Notes: a model not told the origin generated them from the letters alone. A stretch of 63,983 nucleotides of DNA, filler included, from Dimargaris cristalligena (GCA_003614675.1; 24 parts of 24 records of this genome joined end to end with filler, not necessarily neighbours in it); one strand, 5' to 3'. Positions 11,336-25,215 are shown, numbered from the whole stretch's first letter. Numbers and translations are program-made.

Positions 11336-14088
11336 GTACCTTTCCAGATTCAATTTTGGCCTTAGTTTTGGCTACCAATACTTCAGAAGGAGTGAGTATC
11401 TGACTGGAATTGTTGTCTTAGCTCTTGTCATATTGCTTAGCAATCAATTTACCACTACTATGGCTAGCTTTTTTCAACTTCCTGGATTTTTTACTTTTTC
11501 TATAAGTGGTGGAGCAAGGGGCTATAAAGATGTATAGATGGGACACAATTAGTATATGCAGGAGTTAGGTGAGTTACTTCAATGGGGTATGTCAAGTCTG
11601 AGGGATTAGTGTAGTCCCAGTTTCAATGTAAAATGGGTTTGCCTAATGTAATACTGAGGCAGGAGGTAGAAACTACCTGGTACTTCATTGGAATGTATGT
11701 AAATAAATCACCCTGGGATGGAGGTAGAACTTACTTGGTACTCTCCCGCCTTTTCCTTTCAACTTAAGGGAACCCCCAATGAGATTGTTGTAGGCACTCA
11801 TAAGGCCCAATGAATCAGACAATGTGGTATAACAAAAATAAATAAATTACAAATTCAAGTGATGAGACTGTTGAATTAAGCAAGTAAGATACATGTTTTA
11901 TTAGGGAAATATAGCAAAGGAGATGCAATAAAGGAATATATTAGTAGTAGGAATGCTAATAAACTGAAGAGCATCTATGGAGCAGCCGTAACATCTATTA
12001 TATAGCCAGTCCTAATTCTTATGAAGTATGACTACCAGTACTCACTAGATATGTGGTCACTCCCATCAATAGTAGAGTTTTTGGGAGAGAGCCAGTGGAC
12101 AAGAGGGGGCCGTGATAGCATCCTATCCTGTCTGCTTCAGGTGATGAGTGCCTTGGAAGTTGGGTTATTGACATGGTGGACTGGAGTCATTCTTCACCAA
12201 GGACCGGGGCTTCTATTTGTCTAACACCCTGGTCATTGTGGGTTTGAGGCATGTTATCATCAGACAAGGGTGGTATTGCATTGGTATCATTAGGATTGTG
12301 GTCAGTCCTTGGTAAGGATGTAACAAGACAATTGGGTGGTACTGAAGGTGAGGAGGGAGGGGGAAAACAAATACAGGCTAATTGTGCTTCCATCTCCTTA
12401 CCGAGATTTTGAACTAAGGTCAAATAAAGGGATCTAAAAATGGAGATAGTTGAATAGAAAGAGCTATGCTTAACTAAGTCATGCAAGAAAAGTTACTATC
12501 CTAAAGCCCTTTGGTATGCAGTTGGCATGTTAACCACAATAGGAAAATTGGCAGGTCTTAACACAGTGATTGCAGAAGCACAGGCAAATCACAGGGTGTG
12601 AGGGATACACGTCACTGTAATCACTACTATTTGAACCCAACTTAGTACATAGGCTTGCTACAAGACACCTTCATGCTCTAGCAGGTAATGTCGCTATTAT
12701 TGATAAGAAGTTATAGAATGAGTTGATTTATTATTTAATATTAAAACCAAGATGTGATAGTACCAGGTTAGGCACAGTGTATAGTGAACCTTGGAGAATT
12801 CCATACCTGTATGTCATTTTACCAATTTGTTATTCCAAATAGTAAAAAGGGGAGTGAATGGGGAACAATGGTAGGTAGTGTAGGAGATATTACCCAGAGT
12901 GGTGGCACGGGGGTGGCGATTGACAGTTAGTCAATGGTAATGGCAGATGCTGGTTAGAGGTATTGTTTGAAAGTGGATTATGTTGCTGGGAGAGGAAATG
13001 AGGCAAAACAATGGCCGGCCAAAATAGAATAGATGACTGATAGAACACAATAAATGAATCCCCAGGGAACAGTTGGTGATGGCATCCATGTCCAGGGGGA
13101 AAGGACTAGGAAATTGTGACCAGTAGGGCCATATGTTATGGGGCTTCATAGCCCATTTGACGCAGTATGGGCGAGGCAGAGAGGTGAGGGGGGGAATCAG
13201 GGCTGCACTATAGGGCCGGTTACTTTCTAGACCTAAATACGTTTTTAATCTGTATAGGGGGGATAAGGTAGTATAATAAAATAGATTTAGCAACATTAGT
13301 TAGAATCAATTATGTATCTGAAAGAGGCCATTGTATATATACTTCTAACGCACTGGGAATATAGAATTGGCCGTGGTGGCAAAGGAGACAAGGTTCATTA
13401 TAACTCCTTGGAAACAAGCAGCCACCGCCCCAATTATCCCCNNNNNNNNNNNNNNNNNNNNNNNNNNNNNNNNNNNNNNNNNNNNTTAATTAATTAANNN
13501 NNNNNNNNNNNNNNNNNNNNNNNNNNNNNNNNNNNNNNNNNTTTTGGTCATCATTAGCAGTGCACTCCTTGGTATCTTCTTTGATGCCCTAGTCTACAAT
13601 AACCCACAGGTTCTTGGTAATAAGAGTATACCAGATGTTCATAGCCCATATTTCATAGTTATCGGAGCCACACAAGAGGTGGGTAATATTAATCTTGAAT
13701 ATGGACATGGTGGGAGTAGGAAGGGTAACAGTGAGAAGAGTAAATGGAGAGCAATAGTTAAGTTAGAGGTAAAGTCATCAGTCTCATAATCTGTCTTAAA
13801 ATTGTTGATATTCAGCGGATCTGCTGTTCCCCAGAGGAGAACTTTATTTAGTTTATATATGTGAATATTGAATTAATGATTCCATTCATCTAAGAGGAAT
13901 AAAAAATTTTATGAAAATAATAACTCACGTGAGTAGTATAGCAGCCTTATAATTGGCCTGCCATAACCGGGAAAGATCTACGGTGATCTACAGTGATCTA
14001 CATTGCTTTTATTGGCGGGTAGTAGATGTCCCATATTGGACAGAAATCCCTTTAGCACCATGGCCATTAATCACAATTCCCTTTTAAT

Positions 14089-15950
14089 ATGGTTGTCTCA
14101 CTTCATATGTTTTTGGTCAGCCAGACTGGTGGCAGCTTGTTATACCTTGATAAAAGCAGACTTCTAGTCCACCAACTGTCAGTACAGAAGGATGCCCCTT
14201 TATTTTACACCCTTCGATTTATGCCTCTCCCCACCCTTCCCCAACCCACCATAGCATCACATTGGCTTGACTCCTGCCCATGCATAATTTGGACTAGAAA
14301 CCTACCTCGACCCACTAGGTGGATATCAGCCTCACTAGAGGACAGTATTGAGAGGTAACCTAAATATCTGGTAGAAGGGATGCATGCAATCAAACTAAAT
14401 ACATAGCCTGTGTGTGTCCCAAAGCCTCGGTCTAATAGGCACATGACTGAGGATTTGGTGGTCTTTTTTTGGCACTGCTGCAGGAGGAACCCGAGGCAAT
14501 ACAACTGGAGGGACCATTGACACTAACTCTGGTAAGAGTTAGTACAGTTCCAAGAAATTATGGTTAATAGTGAGACCATGTTCGAGTATATGTGCATAGA
14601 TTAAAGTAGATACATGCCGTAGACACTGATGGGCCTGATGATGGGTCGAATATTATATATAATGTATATTAAAATATGTTCATGTGCATGTGTTTTGGAG
14701 GTCACTTTGGCGAGTTTACCGTTGGTGGCCGATGCTGTGGCGGGCCTATATTATTTGAAACCCATTTTCTTCATCCCACAAATTTTATAACTCAGAGGCC
14801 GGCAAATCTCCCACAATAGCTACCCTCAATTTCTGCTATCTGTGATATGATGTTATCGTAAGCCACAAATAGCAGCTGGCAACAGCCATCACCACCACTG
14901 GCTAAATCACCAGATCAATCCCTCTAGAGAAAACCAGACATTATATAATCTACTCCAGTCATGCATTAAATGGCCAATGGCTCTACTGCTTTTGAAGTTC
15001 GCGAAATAAAACCCCCCATCGCGATACCAAAGTAGCCTGCCCCCTTGTATCAACTGGGGTCAGGTTGAGGTATTGAAACTCAGTTATGTGCTGGAAATCA
15101 CTTTGCATCGTTTTTGGAATTGGTTAAGGGGCTCAAATAACCACACAGGAACTATAGCAACCCCCCAAACTGGCCATCCGAGCCCACTGTTCAGCCACAT
15201 TTTTTTATTGAAACAGCTCAGCTTACAGTAAATGCTTCAATTTAATTTGACTTGATATTGTCATTATACTAGATTTTCTGCCTATGATCAGTTGGCAATG
15301 TTACATCTATCCCGGCGGCTGAGGTAAACATGAGTTCCCCACCGGTGGCTGACACTAGCCTTACCAATTATGACAAGGTAGTATCCTCGCTAAAGGATAA
15401 CTTAGCCATGAATACAATTAACCAGGGGGCTGACCAGTCAGATACCCCAGTCATCAAAGAATGATGAACTCAGCTGCATTTGGTAGAGAACTAATTATAT
15501 GCAGTCCTCCGGGTTACAAGGCTAGCATCTCAACCTCTACGAGATAGACTTTATCCAACTATATAATGGGTACTCAGTTAGGAAACTGATATCCTCTTAG
15601 TTTACTAGCGTTCATACCGCTTAGATCTTCCATTACTTATTCCATGCTATACATCTCTAATAAAACCGCTCCTTTCATCAGCTAATCTAACAGCAACACG
15701 GATACCATTTGCCGATGACTAAAAGCCACATATAATTTTTTAAAACTAAAATTTATTGGTAATATTGATATTGACCTCTGGCTGCAGATTAACTTACCCT
15801 ATTGAAGCCAGCATAATTGCCTTCATTGCTACCCAATTGGGTATGTGTTTATTATGGGAATCATATACCAGTCTTCCCAGTTAACACTTGAAGCTCTACT
15901 CTACCCACCTTCGCTACTGGTCCGAGATTCTCTTAGATCACACCGGGGTC
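14089..15950 (+). pseudogene. Possible heavily decayed paralogue of the NTPase-nuclease ORF at 16768
   Basis: Patchy similarity judged by eye (HQLS..PLFY, SIER* where GIGKS is expected, MTEDLV), many stops; boundaries approximate. Confidence 0.3.
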
Positions 15951-16767
15951 TTCTGAACTCATTTAAATGATGCTAATGAATGAGTCAGTAAATGAATAAA
16001 CTAATAATAAATAATATGTATCTAATGTGATGTTTCACTGAAGCATACAAAAATAGGGAATAGTATGTATGTAGCAATTGGGCAAATAGTAGTAAGCCAG
16101 TAAGATCATAGTCATCTAGGGCCACTAGAATGTCAACTAGCCCTTCCGTTTATAGTAANNNNNNNNNNNNNNNNNNNNNNNNNNNNNNNNNNNNNNNNNN
16201 NNTTAATTAATTAANNNNNNNNNNNNNNNNNNNNNNNNNNNNNNNNNNNNNNNNNNNNGAAAATTCGCGTTTAGCTATTATTATACATAAAGTCGAGCAT
16301 GGAAAAGGGAGTGAATAGTTAAAAATAATGGTCAACCCGGTGGCTATTTTGGGATGAAATTGCTCCACATATGTTATTAGTGTAGGCAAGCCCTGAAAAG
16401 GTGGCTTACCGCCCGGTGGGTCTGGCATTACATTTGATGAATCAGTTGATCGTCACCCATATCTACATATAGTATTCCTGTGGTGAGAAACTTAGTTTAC
16501 TAGGGCCGAGCTGTCCAGTTGACCGCCATTAGTGCAATAGGTATGATATTTACCCCGGCTTACGTTATTAGATATAAATGGCTGGGCCCCAGACCGCCAA
16601 TATTCCTACAACCAATAACCCTACATTTTTTACCAGAACTATCACATAAATAATGTGTTCGCCGACTTTCTTCTATACCACCATCACCCCTATGCCCGAA
16701 ACGCGGACTAACACATATTTAATAGAGCCAAATCCACCAACCCCATAGCAGCACTATACTTGCCATA

Positions 16768-18849
16768 ATGGTCAAAATCACCATCCCCCATGAAGTGGGC
16801 CAAACCATCGATGAAGGCCTAGCGGTCATCACCTGGCCCGACCCAAGCGGCCCCCAGTTCCTACCCCAAATCACAATCCATCCATTACCGGTCGAGTTCC
16901 ACCAACTCCAGTACCAGGGATATGCCGTGGTGCCATTGCTATATCGCCCCCAATTAGTTAAACCCCTTTTGAAGTTCATGGATCAATATTTGGAAGCACC
17001 GCCAGTGACTGTAAATGACACGCATGTATCTGCTGGGTCTGACGATGAGTTGGCGGCTAAACTCCAATACCTAACCCTACTCTCTAGCCGAAAACTAGGC
17101 GCCGCTTTAAAACAGAGGCCGCAAAATAAAATTCGTCCAGCTGCCACCAACAACAGGAACCCGCACTACCCTAGCCCAGCAGTTATAGGGGTATTCGGCC
17201 CGACTGGTATCGGCAAAAGCCATCTCATGTACATGGCCGCTGCCCAAATCCGGCGACGGTATCCCCACTCGCGAGTCGTTTACTCCCCCCACAACATCAC
17301 CCCAAGTCAGCCCACCGAAGATCTCATCCGGTGGGTAGATGAAATCGAAGCGACCTTCCATCTGGATCTCCCGATAGTCCGGCATTGTATGAGGCTGCGA
17401 CGATTGGTAGGTCTGGGTTCCCAAGGCGACCTGCTGTACGAGTGTCTGGGTGAGTTTTTGGAGGCCATTGTCACGTATAGCCAAACGAAGCGCCTAGTGC
17501 CCGTTTGGGTTTATGATCAGTGTGACCAATGGCCAATTGGTCTAGGCGAATACCGACGGTTCGCCCTCCAGTACTTGGCCAGGACACTCGGCGGGGGTGT
17601 GACTATAGTCGCTGGACATCAGGAGCCAGTCGAAACATTATCTTGCTCCGTCCAGTATGATATCCCCGAGGCGGACTATGGCTTTACTCTGGCTGAGGCC
17701 AGGCTGTGGTGGCAAATGTACCGGACCACCCTCGCAGTCCACTGGGCCGGCTTTGGACCCACGCGTGAGCAATGGCAGTTGATGGAGGACAGGGTTAGGC
17801 TAGTGCCGGGTGAGATTACACGGATATTACAGCATCTAGAGATGGCGGGCTCGGCAGCACCCGCCGATGCTGGGGGGTCCAATGTGGCAAATACCATCAT
17901 AACAGCAACAACAATTAAAAGCCATGGACAATTTACCGCATGGCTGGACCAATACTTCAAACGCCACACCCAAGCGCTAATCCAAAAGCACGGTGCCCAT
18001 ACCAGATGTTTATCGGAAGAGGAGCGACTCCAATTGCGAGCCCTAATCCTGGAAGAACCCTACAATTGGATAACTCCACTCTCTGGTCGGATATTGAACC
18101 TCGGCTTAATGTATATGGCTGGCGACCGAAAGTCTCCTTTGACCACCCTGTCCGAGCGCCCACCTACGCTGCGCTACCTCCATCCCCTAGCCAAACGGGC
18201 CATTGGCCAGGCGGAGCGGTCCCACAAGCATGCCGGGTTGGCTGAAGTGGCCCTCCAAGTGATGAAACACGACTTTCTTACCACCACCAAGGGCACCGTG
18301 TCCGAAAAATACGTTCTGGCACGCCTAAGGGAAACGCGGGCGTATGACTTGATGTGCATACAACTGCTGGGTAGTAGTGGGTTTATGGGTCGCCAAAGCA
18401 CGGTATTTGCTGCCACTGACTGCGATATTCGTACTTTGAACGGTCCGGAGGACCTGCATCTCTCTGACCCAGCCCGGCCATCTAAAGTATCTCGGACTGG
18501 ATCGATTATTTACCTGCCGCAAAGGGCCAACTTCCCCAAATTCGACTGGGTGATTTGGCACCAGCCGACGCGGCAGCTCCTACTGTGCCAAATGAAGGCC
18601 GGCAAGGAAGTGGCGCGGTACATCAACACTTTGGTCCACGCTGACCTGGAACCGTGGGCAACAGCGGCTGGTTTGAAAGTGAGCCAGGTGGTGGTGGTGT
18701 GGGTGGTGGCCCGCGACGTGTACTCGGCCTTGCGGTGTCGGCGATTCCACTTTAAATCCGAACGGGTCCCGCTCGAGCAGCAGTGGGTGATGTCGTTTCA
18801 AGATAACCCTCACTGGCCGGGGTTGCGGAGTTTTGATCGATTTGAATAA
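16768..18849 (+). CDS. P-loop NTPase fused to a C-terminal PD-(D/E)xK-like nuclease (Crinkler/RHS-type effector architecture)
   Basis: Intact 693-aa ORF; Walker A GPTGIGKS (17197-17220); Walker B-like VWVYDQ; EKYVL...YLPQRANFPKFD...LLLCQMK nuclease signature; AATAAA overlapping the stop. Confidence 0.78.
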   Translation: MVKITIPHEVGQTIDEGLAVITWPDPSGPQFLPQITIHPLPVEFHQLQYQGYAVVPLLYRPQLVKPLLKFMDQYLEAPPVTVNDTHVSAGSDDELAAKLQYLTLLSSRKLGAALKQRPQNKIRPAATNNRNPHYPSPAVIGVFGPTGIGKSHLMYMAAAQIRRRYPHSRVVYSPHNITPSQPTEDLIRWVDEIEATFHLDLPIVRHCMRLRRLVGLGSQGDLLYECLGEFLEAIVTYSQTKRLVPVWVYDQCDQWPIGLGEYRRFALQYLARTLGGGVTIVAGHQEPVETLSCSVQYDIPEADYGFTLAEARLWWQMYRTTLAVHWAGFGPTREQWQLMEDRVRLVPGEITRILQHLEMAGSAAPADAGGSNVANTIITATTIKSHGQFTAWLDQYFKRHTQALIQKHGAHTRCLSEEERLQLRALILEEPYNWITPLSGRILNLGLMYMAGDRKSPLTTLSERPPTLRYLHPLAKRAIGQAERSHKHAGLAEVALQVMKHDFLTTTKGTVSEKYVLARLRETRAYDLMCIQLLGSSGFMGRQSTVFAATDCDIRTLNGPEDLHLSDPARPSKVSRTGSIIYLPQRANFPKFDWVIWHQPTRQLLLCQMKAGKEVARYINTLVHADLEPWATAAGLKVSQVVVVWVVARDVYSALRCRRFHFKSERVPLEQQWVMSFQDNPHWPGLRSFDRFE

Positions 18850-19519
18850 ACATTTCATTATTTTCAGTTNNNNNNNNNNNNNNNNNNNNNNNNNNNNNNN
18901 NNNNNNNNNNNNNTTAATTAATTAANNNNNNNNNNNNNNNNNNNNNNNNNNNNNNNNNNNNNNNNNNNNGAGTGCTGTCATCGATTGTTAAAAAATAGCA
19001 CTGATTAAAAGTGAAAGTAAAATGTATAAAGAAGCCTTAGAAGATCAGCTGAATACTATTTATAAGGAGCTATTTTAGACAAAGTAATTCAGATACGAAA
19101 TAAATCAGTACAAAGTATTTATGAATGACCTTTAAGTCTGCGATTACACATCAATGATGAATGGTTGAGATTTGGAAAATTGCGATATATAGTCATTATG
19201 ACCTCACACAGCAGGTTACTGCCAGTTAAAGTAAGTGAAGTAACCTTGGGCCAAGGTTGGACAAAGAGAATCAGCACATTTATCCGACAGCTATTCCCAG
19301 GCCATATTGGCCAAGAGTAAACTGGATTTCTAGGTTTTTTAAGTGAGGAAAGCTGATCACTGCTATATTGGCCAAAGCTGCATTAGCGCCACCACACTAA
19401 TTACAACTGAATTTAAACAACACTAACTGACTCAGATTCACCTGATTAGTAGAAATAAGGTGGGGAATATCACAGGTCCCAGAGATTACGGATAAATGGG
19501 TTAGACGAGGCAAACTATT

Positions 19520-20206
19520 CAAGCTCATTTAAAATATATCACGATTGGCTTGAGAAAAGTTCAAACCAAGTTACTGTATACCAGTAAATGGAGTAAGAAA
19601 CCATATAATGGATTCAGCATCAAAGGTTGGAGTAAGCAAATGTAGATTCAGGGACTTGATTTGACTTAATGCAACTGTGGTCTCAGACGATAGGTCAAGG
19701 GTTTGAAAGTAATTCCGACAATATTGCCATGAACAGGCTCAACTAATATGGACCGGCGCTTTCCTGAGTGGAGTGGCAAAGATGGGGAGGCAGTCCGTGA
19801 GGAGTTTCCAGTGATACAAATGCTCTAGGTCAAGCTCAAGGTGGGTTGGCGTAAAAATGGTTTAGAACATAAAGCAGGCACCAAGTATCCAAAGCGAGGA
19901 TGTCTCAGCCATGGTATTAATATAGAGATATTGAACTCTGGGGTGGTGGTACTCGAGGAATTGGTAAAGACAATTATCTCATATAATATTGCTTGGGATC
20001 TTAAGCAAAAGGTCGTAGGTCAGTGTGATGAGAGGGCCGAGAGTATGACATACACCGGCCAGGTTGAATTGGTCCCGGTTGTCGAGGCACTGAATGATTA
20101 GCTTGCCGAGGTGTTGCTGAGAGGGGTGGAGAATCCAGACCAGGAATTCCCGTCCACTCAGGTTAGAATGGGGTGCAGGGTCAGCATTGTTCGTCGGGTA
20201 TGCCAT
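19520..20206 (-). pseudogene. Decayed F-box-like (possibly F-box/LRR) gene
   Basis: IIQCLDNRDQFNLAGVCHTL resembles an F-box; Leu-rich continuation with in-frame stops. Confidence 0.35.
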
Positions 20207-20370
20207 GTGTCATAACTCGAATATGTGTACAAGGAGCTCTCTAAAGCAACAGCAGTAAATATCCCAGGGTGAGAAGATATATATTAGATGCACGTGAAGT
20301 AAGGAGGCAATATATTGCTGATGGCCCAAGTATTGGTAAATAGAATCACTATGCAAGATGCTGGTGGGTA

Positions 20371-21163
20371 TATAGTGGCTCCAAAAAGTATATCAATAAT
20401 TTGCACTTTTGGATTTGAATAGCGATTTCTCAGCACCTAGGGAAGATATAAATAAATAAATACTACTGCGAAAAGCCCTGTTTCTAGTATACCCGTTTAA
20501 AACTATAAGTTTATTGCTTTATTTTACGGCAAGATATGGGATTTAATAAAGATTGGTGCATAGATAAACTTTTTGGGGTTGCCATAAAAAAATAAAAAAA
20601 ATTCAAAAATGATGGCTAATAGTCTATCCAGTAACCCTTATTGGCAATAAACTGTTTGCAACACTCGGCCATGGTACTAATGACCCTTTGGTACTCCTCT
20701 TTGATAACTGCAGGCCAAGTTTCTTAAATCCTTTCCCAGTGTTCAAGTATCCCCTTAGGAGGCCATTTGAAGTTATGGTAGAGACAATTTTTGGGAAGGA
20801 CCCACATGTTTCCAAAGGGGTTAAGGTCCAGGGACTGTGCAGGCCACTCTATAACCTCAAATCTCTGCTTGGCAAGACATTTTTAGGCAGATTTGGCTAT
20901 ATATTTGGGGTTATTATCCTGTTATAAGATCATTTTATTAATGCTAATTTGATAATTTTCAACTATGGAGAGCAGATACTCCTTAAGGACACTCTTATAG
21001 AGGTGCTGGTCAAGTATTTAGTCAATTTTAGCCATACAGCCAATACCACTGGATGTAATATAGCTTTAAAGCTTAATACCCCCACTTCAATATTTGACAG
21101 TTTTATCTATATGGTGTGGTTAGACCTTCTTAGTAATATATTTTTATATATGTTAGTCCCCAT
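20371..21163 (-). mobile_element. Decayed Tc1 (DD34E-spaced) transposon, 3' part, truncated by an LTR-A insertion
   Basis: Minus-strand TVKY*SGGI, *QDNNPKY and WPAQSLDLNP motifs; TA + (C>T)AGTGGCTCCAAAAAGTAT terminal inverted repeat-like end at 20371. Confidence 0.85.
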
Positions 21164-21465
21164 TATTGGATCATCTAATCCACCCTAATCCAGCTAACTT
21201 GATGTCTGATTATATTAGGCCTTATAGCACTATATTAGCTTTCCCATAGTCACACTTAGTACCATGGGATCACCATTTATTATATAACCTCCCCCTGGCC
21301 AGACTGTGCCTTATTGCACTAATCACTCAATTGCTAATCTATTAGACTCTTCTGGTTACTATTAGAGTCTTCTAGATACTAATAGGCATCTGGTTGGCCT
21401 ATTTACCTATCCATTAGTCTTTGTAGTATCCTCTCCTTGGGACCTCCCTCTGGAGTCATTTGCAT
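21164..21465 (+). mobile_element. LTR family A, 5' half
   Basis: Aligns to 28409-28710; interrupted by LTR family C. Confidence 0.75.
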
Positions 21466-21679
21466 TATAAAGAACTGAAATTAAATCCTTAAAGACTGAA
21501 CTTTATTTGAAAAAATAGATGATAAGAAGGGAAAGGTGATGATGGACTTACTGTTCCAAGAGATGGTAGTAAGTGGNNNNNNNNNNNNNNNNNNNNNNNN
21601 NNNNNNNNNNNNNNNNNNNNTTAATTAATTAANNNNNNNNNNNNNNNNNNNNNNNNNNNNNNNNNNNNNNNNNNNNTAT

Positions 21680-21752
21680 GGGGGGTTGGCGCAATTGGCA
21701 GCGCGTGCGTCTCCAAAGCGCGAGGTTGGGTGTTCGAGTCACTCATTCCCCA
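21680..21752 (+). tRNA. tRNA-Trp(CCA)
   Basis: Cloverleaf: acceptor GGGGGGT/ATTCCCC, D arm GCGC/GCGC, anticodon loop CTCCAAA, T arm GGGTG-TTCGAGT-CACTC; TTTTT terminator just downstream. Confidence 0.93.
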
Positions 21753-22774
21753 TATTTTTCATAATTCTTTTATAATGTTGGAGCCACCTGTCCCTCTACA
21801 GCTGCATGAATTTATAATCCTCCATTAGATCATTTTCTTTGTTTAGGGGATGGAGTAGTATCTAAATCTAAATTAACACAGGTTCATTATTTACAATTTG
21901 GACTAAACTAATTTATTCTTCATCATTTTAGATTCGAAACCCATATAGCCGATTTTATATCTCACCGGGTGGATGACTGTAAACGCTGTTTAATGGGTTG
22001 ACGGATCAATCAGCCTATTGCAACCTAGAACGTAGCAAGGAATGACTGTGGGTGGAATCCGATGAATAGAACGAGTTGGGGATCACACGCAGCAATTCCT
22101 GTTTTGGGGGATATATACGTCAAGTTATTTGACAGGATATTTAGTATCTTAGTAATTATTGTCTAGTGAAAGCCGGTGCAATTCCTCAATCTACTATAAC
22201 CCCTGACAGCCAACAACATGAGTGGAGTCTAAAATTATTTGTGGTTGCTGGTAGTACTGAACTTCATTTAATGACATTGCCCTGATATTTACTTCTTTGA
22301 ATATTAACTGTATTCGAATATTTGGTCAAACACACGAGCACTGTCCCCCTTTAACGCTAAACTGACTGTAAGGCGGAAAAAACAAAAAAAGCGCTGACTT
22401 CGGCCTCGGCTTTTGCATTGGTCCTTGCTTCAGATTGATCCGGGAGAATCCAAACGCTCCTTCCTCCATTTAACCTAGTAGTTTGGGGACAGTTCGCCGC
22501 TATCCAACCTTCTTCTCTACCCTACTTCCCATTTGAATTTAGATTCCCTAGATAATATAGTGCTGCCCTTCGACTTCCTCCTAGGTCGGATTGCCATAAC
22601 CGCTTGGTATTAACTCCGCGATCGTGACTCTCCGTGGGGGTTTAGTCCCCACTCTTTTTATGCGGTACTTGATCCCTTATTCTCCCGATGCTGATATTCG
22701 ACTCTTTAAATACATTTGCCTTTCCCTTATAATATATATTTTTTGCCGTACCTCTTTGTGGCTGCTCATTTGCC

Positions 22775-24281
22775 ATGCGTTCGACCGGATGCTATTGTCG
22801 GTCCCGACGATCGAATCCTAAGCTCCTAAGCTGGATTCAACCTCGACCACCTACCCGTGTTGCTCCGATGTACCAGATCGCCCGGTTTATGACCACCCTA
22901 CCACCCCATCGGTCCTGTCCCTGCGAGCACCGGCTATCCCTAGAACTACTGCCCCAGGCTCGGTTATTTCCGTTTCGGACGGTGCCCGCGATACCACTAC
23001 TTAGCCACCCCCGGTTCGGCCAACCATCTCCACGATCCTCCCTAGCCAATTACCCCACCATTTTACCCCACCGAGTCCGAGGTACTTCAGTGTATTTGAC
23101 TCGACATGTGGCCTATTACCATACTTCGTCCGACGATCCCCCCGGACGCTATAGCGACGTGGCCAGTTTCTTTGATGCATTGATCAAGGACCTTCCGAAG
23201 GCCCATATATCCGATCCCGCCAAAATTGCCGAAGTATGGGATGATTTCTTGTCTTTTTCCGCGATCCATTGGCAGGCCTACCAGAATTTCATTGATCCCG
23301 AAATTCAGCAGGCCCACTTTGGTGCGTTGATCTGCAGTCAAAAACGGGCGGCCCCCGCTGAAGCCCGTACCCATATCATGCGGATACTCTATCTCATGCG
23401 CGACCTGGGAGTACCCTTGACCAAATCCCATTACTCGGCCCTGCTCTACACCATTTGTCGAATGGGCCTAATGGCCGACGCCTTGGCACTCTTCCGAGAA
23501 CTCCGGGTCGATGCGTCGGACAACGAGTTGCTGGGCTTCTACCATATTTTGCTGTACGGATTCGGCCTAAATCGAAATTTCAACGGGCTCATGGATACGT
23601 ACTTTCAAGTCCTGCGCGACGGTCTGACCCCCCAGGCTCTCACTTACCACATTATGATCCGGTCATTTCAGTCCGAGCAAGACACTTTTCGGACGATTAG
23701 GATATTCAATAGTATGATGAACTTGGGCATTCCCGCTAACCTGCTGATGGCCCGCAATATGGTATTTTTTCTGGTGGCTCAGCAAAAATACCAGGAGGCC
23801 CTCATTGTTTTTGACTACTTTGCCCAGTACGAAACGGCATCAGCCGCGGCCACGACTGCAGTACCCGAACCTATCCCCCCTCCTGCTCCATCATCAGCTG
23901 AGTCGGATACTTCATCGGAGCTGGGTCCCCGCCGCGATATCTACCTATTGACCGCCCTGCTCTACTGTACTCTCAAGACCCGCGATATTGAGCGGGCACG
24001 TCAGCTGTTTGCTCAAATTCAGATCCTGGCCCGGTCCAATCCAACCAACGCATCCTCTTCCTCAAATTCGACACTTTCTTCATTAGCATCTTCATCTCTA
24101 TCGCCATCGTCAAAGTCATCACCGCCCCCGCCTCCACCTCCACCACGGCAGTCCAAACTCGAGTCCCTATCATTTAACGAATTCATTTCTTTATACATTT
24201 CCCGGGGCGAGACCGATCTAGCCCAGGAGTTATTCGCCGCTCTCACTGCGGAGGGCAAGCACCCCGATGCCCTCGCCTTGC
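22775..24281 (+). CDS. Pentatricopeptide-repeat protein, probably mitochondrial (3' truncated)
   Basis: PPR motifs HYSALLYTICRMGLMADALALF and GLTPQALTYHIMIRSF; Arg/Ser-rich presequence-like N-terminus. Confidence 0.88.
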
Positions 24282-24960
24282 NNNNNNNNNNNNNNNNNNN
24301 NNNNNNNNNNNNNNNNNNNNNNNNNTTAATTAATTAANNNNNNNNNNNNNNNNNNNNNNNNNNNNNNNNNNNNNNNNNNNNGCTCATTCACTCGTCAGGG
24401 GCATACTTCCGATAAGTGCGAAAAATAGATAAAAAATAAAAGTAGGTAAAAAATGTGGTAAGTTCACCACAGCATGTACCAATCACTTGCATGAGTGTGA
24501 TAATTGACTGTATATATGACCCAATCACCTGCATCAATAGTACATATTATTACCTAAAAAATGCTAAGACTTTTGGTTCTATAGTAAAAAAATGCTAAGC
24601 CATTTTTCTGTATAGGACAGAGAATTATAATAAGCCAATAAGCCTGCAGTGAACCTGCATTACCAATTATAGGGGGAAAGAGAATTCATAGAGTAGAACT
24701 AATAAAATAAAGGATAAGAATAAACTAAAGAGCCACTAATAATCATGCATGAATATGCATACCTAATTATATGAAAAGGGTGGATTAGCCAATAGGAATA
24801 TATAAAAATCAAAGGGAAAATTCATGTAGAAAGAATGGGTTAAAGGGGAAGGGAAAAAAACTGGTTATACCAGAAAAAAAAGCTGCTTTATACCCTGCAT
24901 AATATTAATAATAATAATAAAATAAGTGTGGCTATAGGGGGACAGTCCACCTTGCCATAC

Positions 24961-25215
24961 CAGTTAGATTCCTTAGCTTATTCTCACCCCTCTAGTTTAC
25001 TCCAATAAACTCTATATATACTCACCCCCTTATACTGACCCATAAGTGTGCCCTTTGCACATCCCTTGCATATACCTACACTTTGCATTTATTAGTTAGT
25101 ACTATGCCCTGTACTTAATACTAGTAGCCCACTTGGCCAAGTCTAAGCCCCACCCACTATTAGAAGCCTATCCTCAGGACTCTTGATAGACTAAGAGTGG
25201 TAAACCTGGGTGATA
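24961..25215 (+). mobile_element. LTR family A, 3' fragment
   Basis: Aligns to other LTR-A copies; ends GGGTGATA. Confidence 0.8.

Noticed and set aside
12021-12062. YSLDMWSL peptide resembling casein kinase II
   Set aside because: No other kinase motifs nearby; lies in decayed repeat DNA; likely chance
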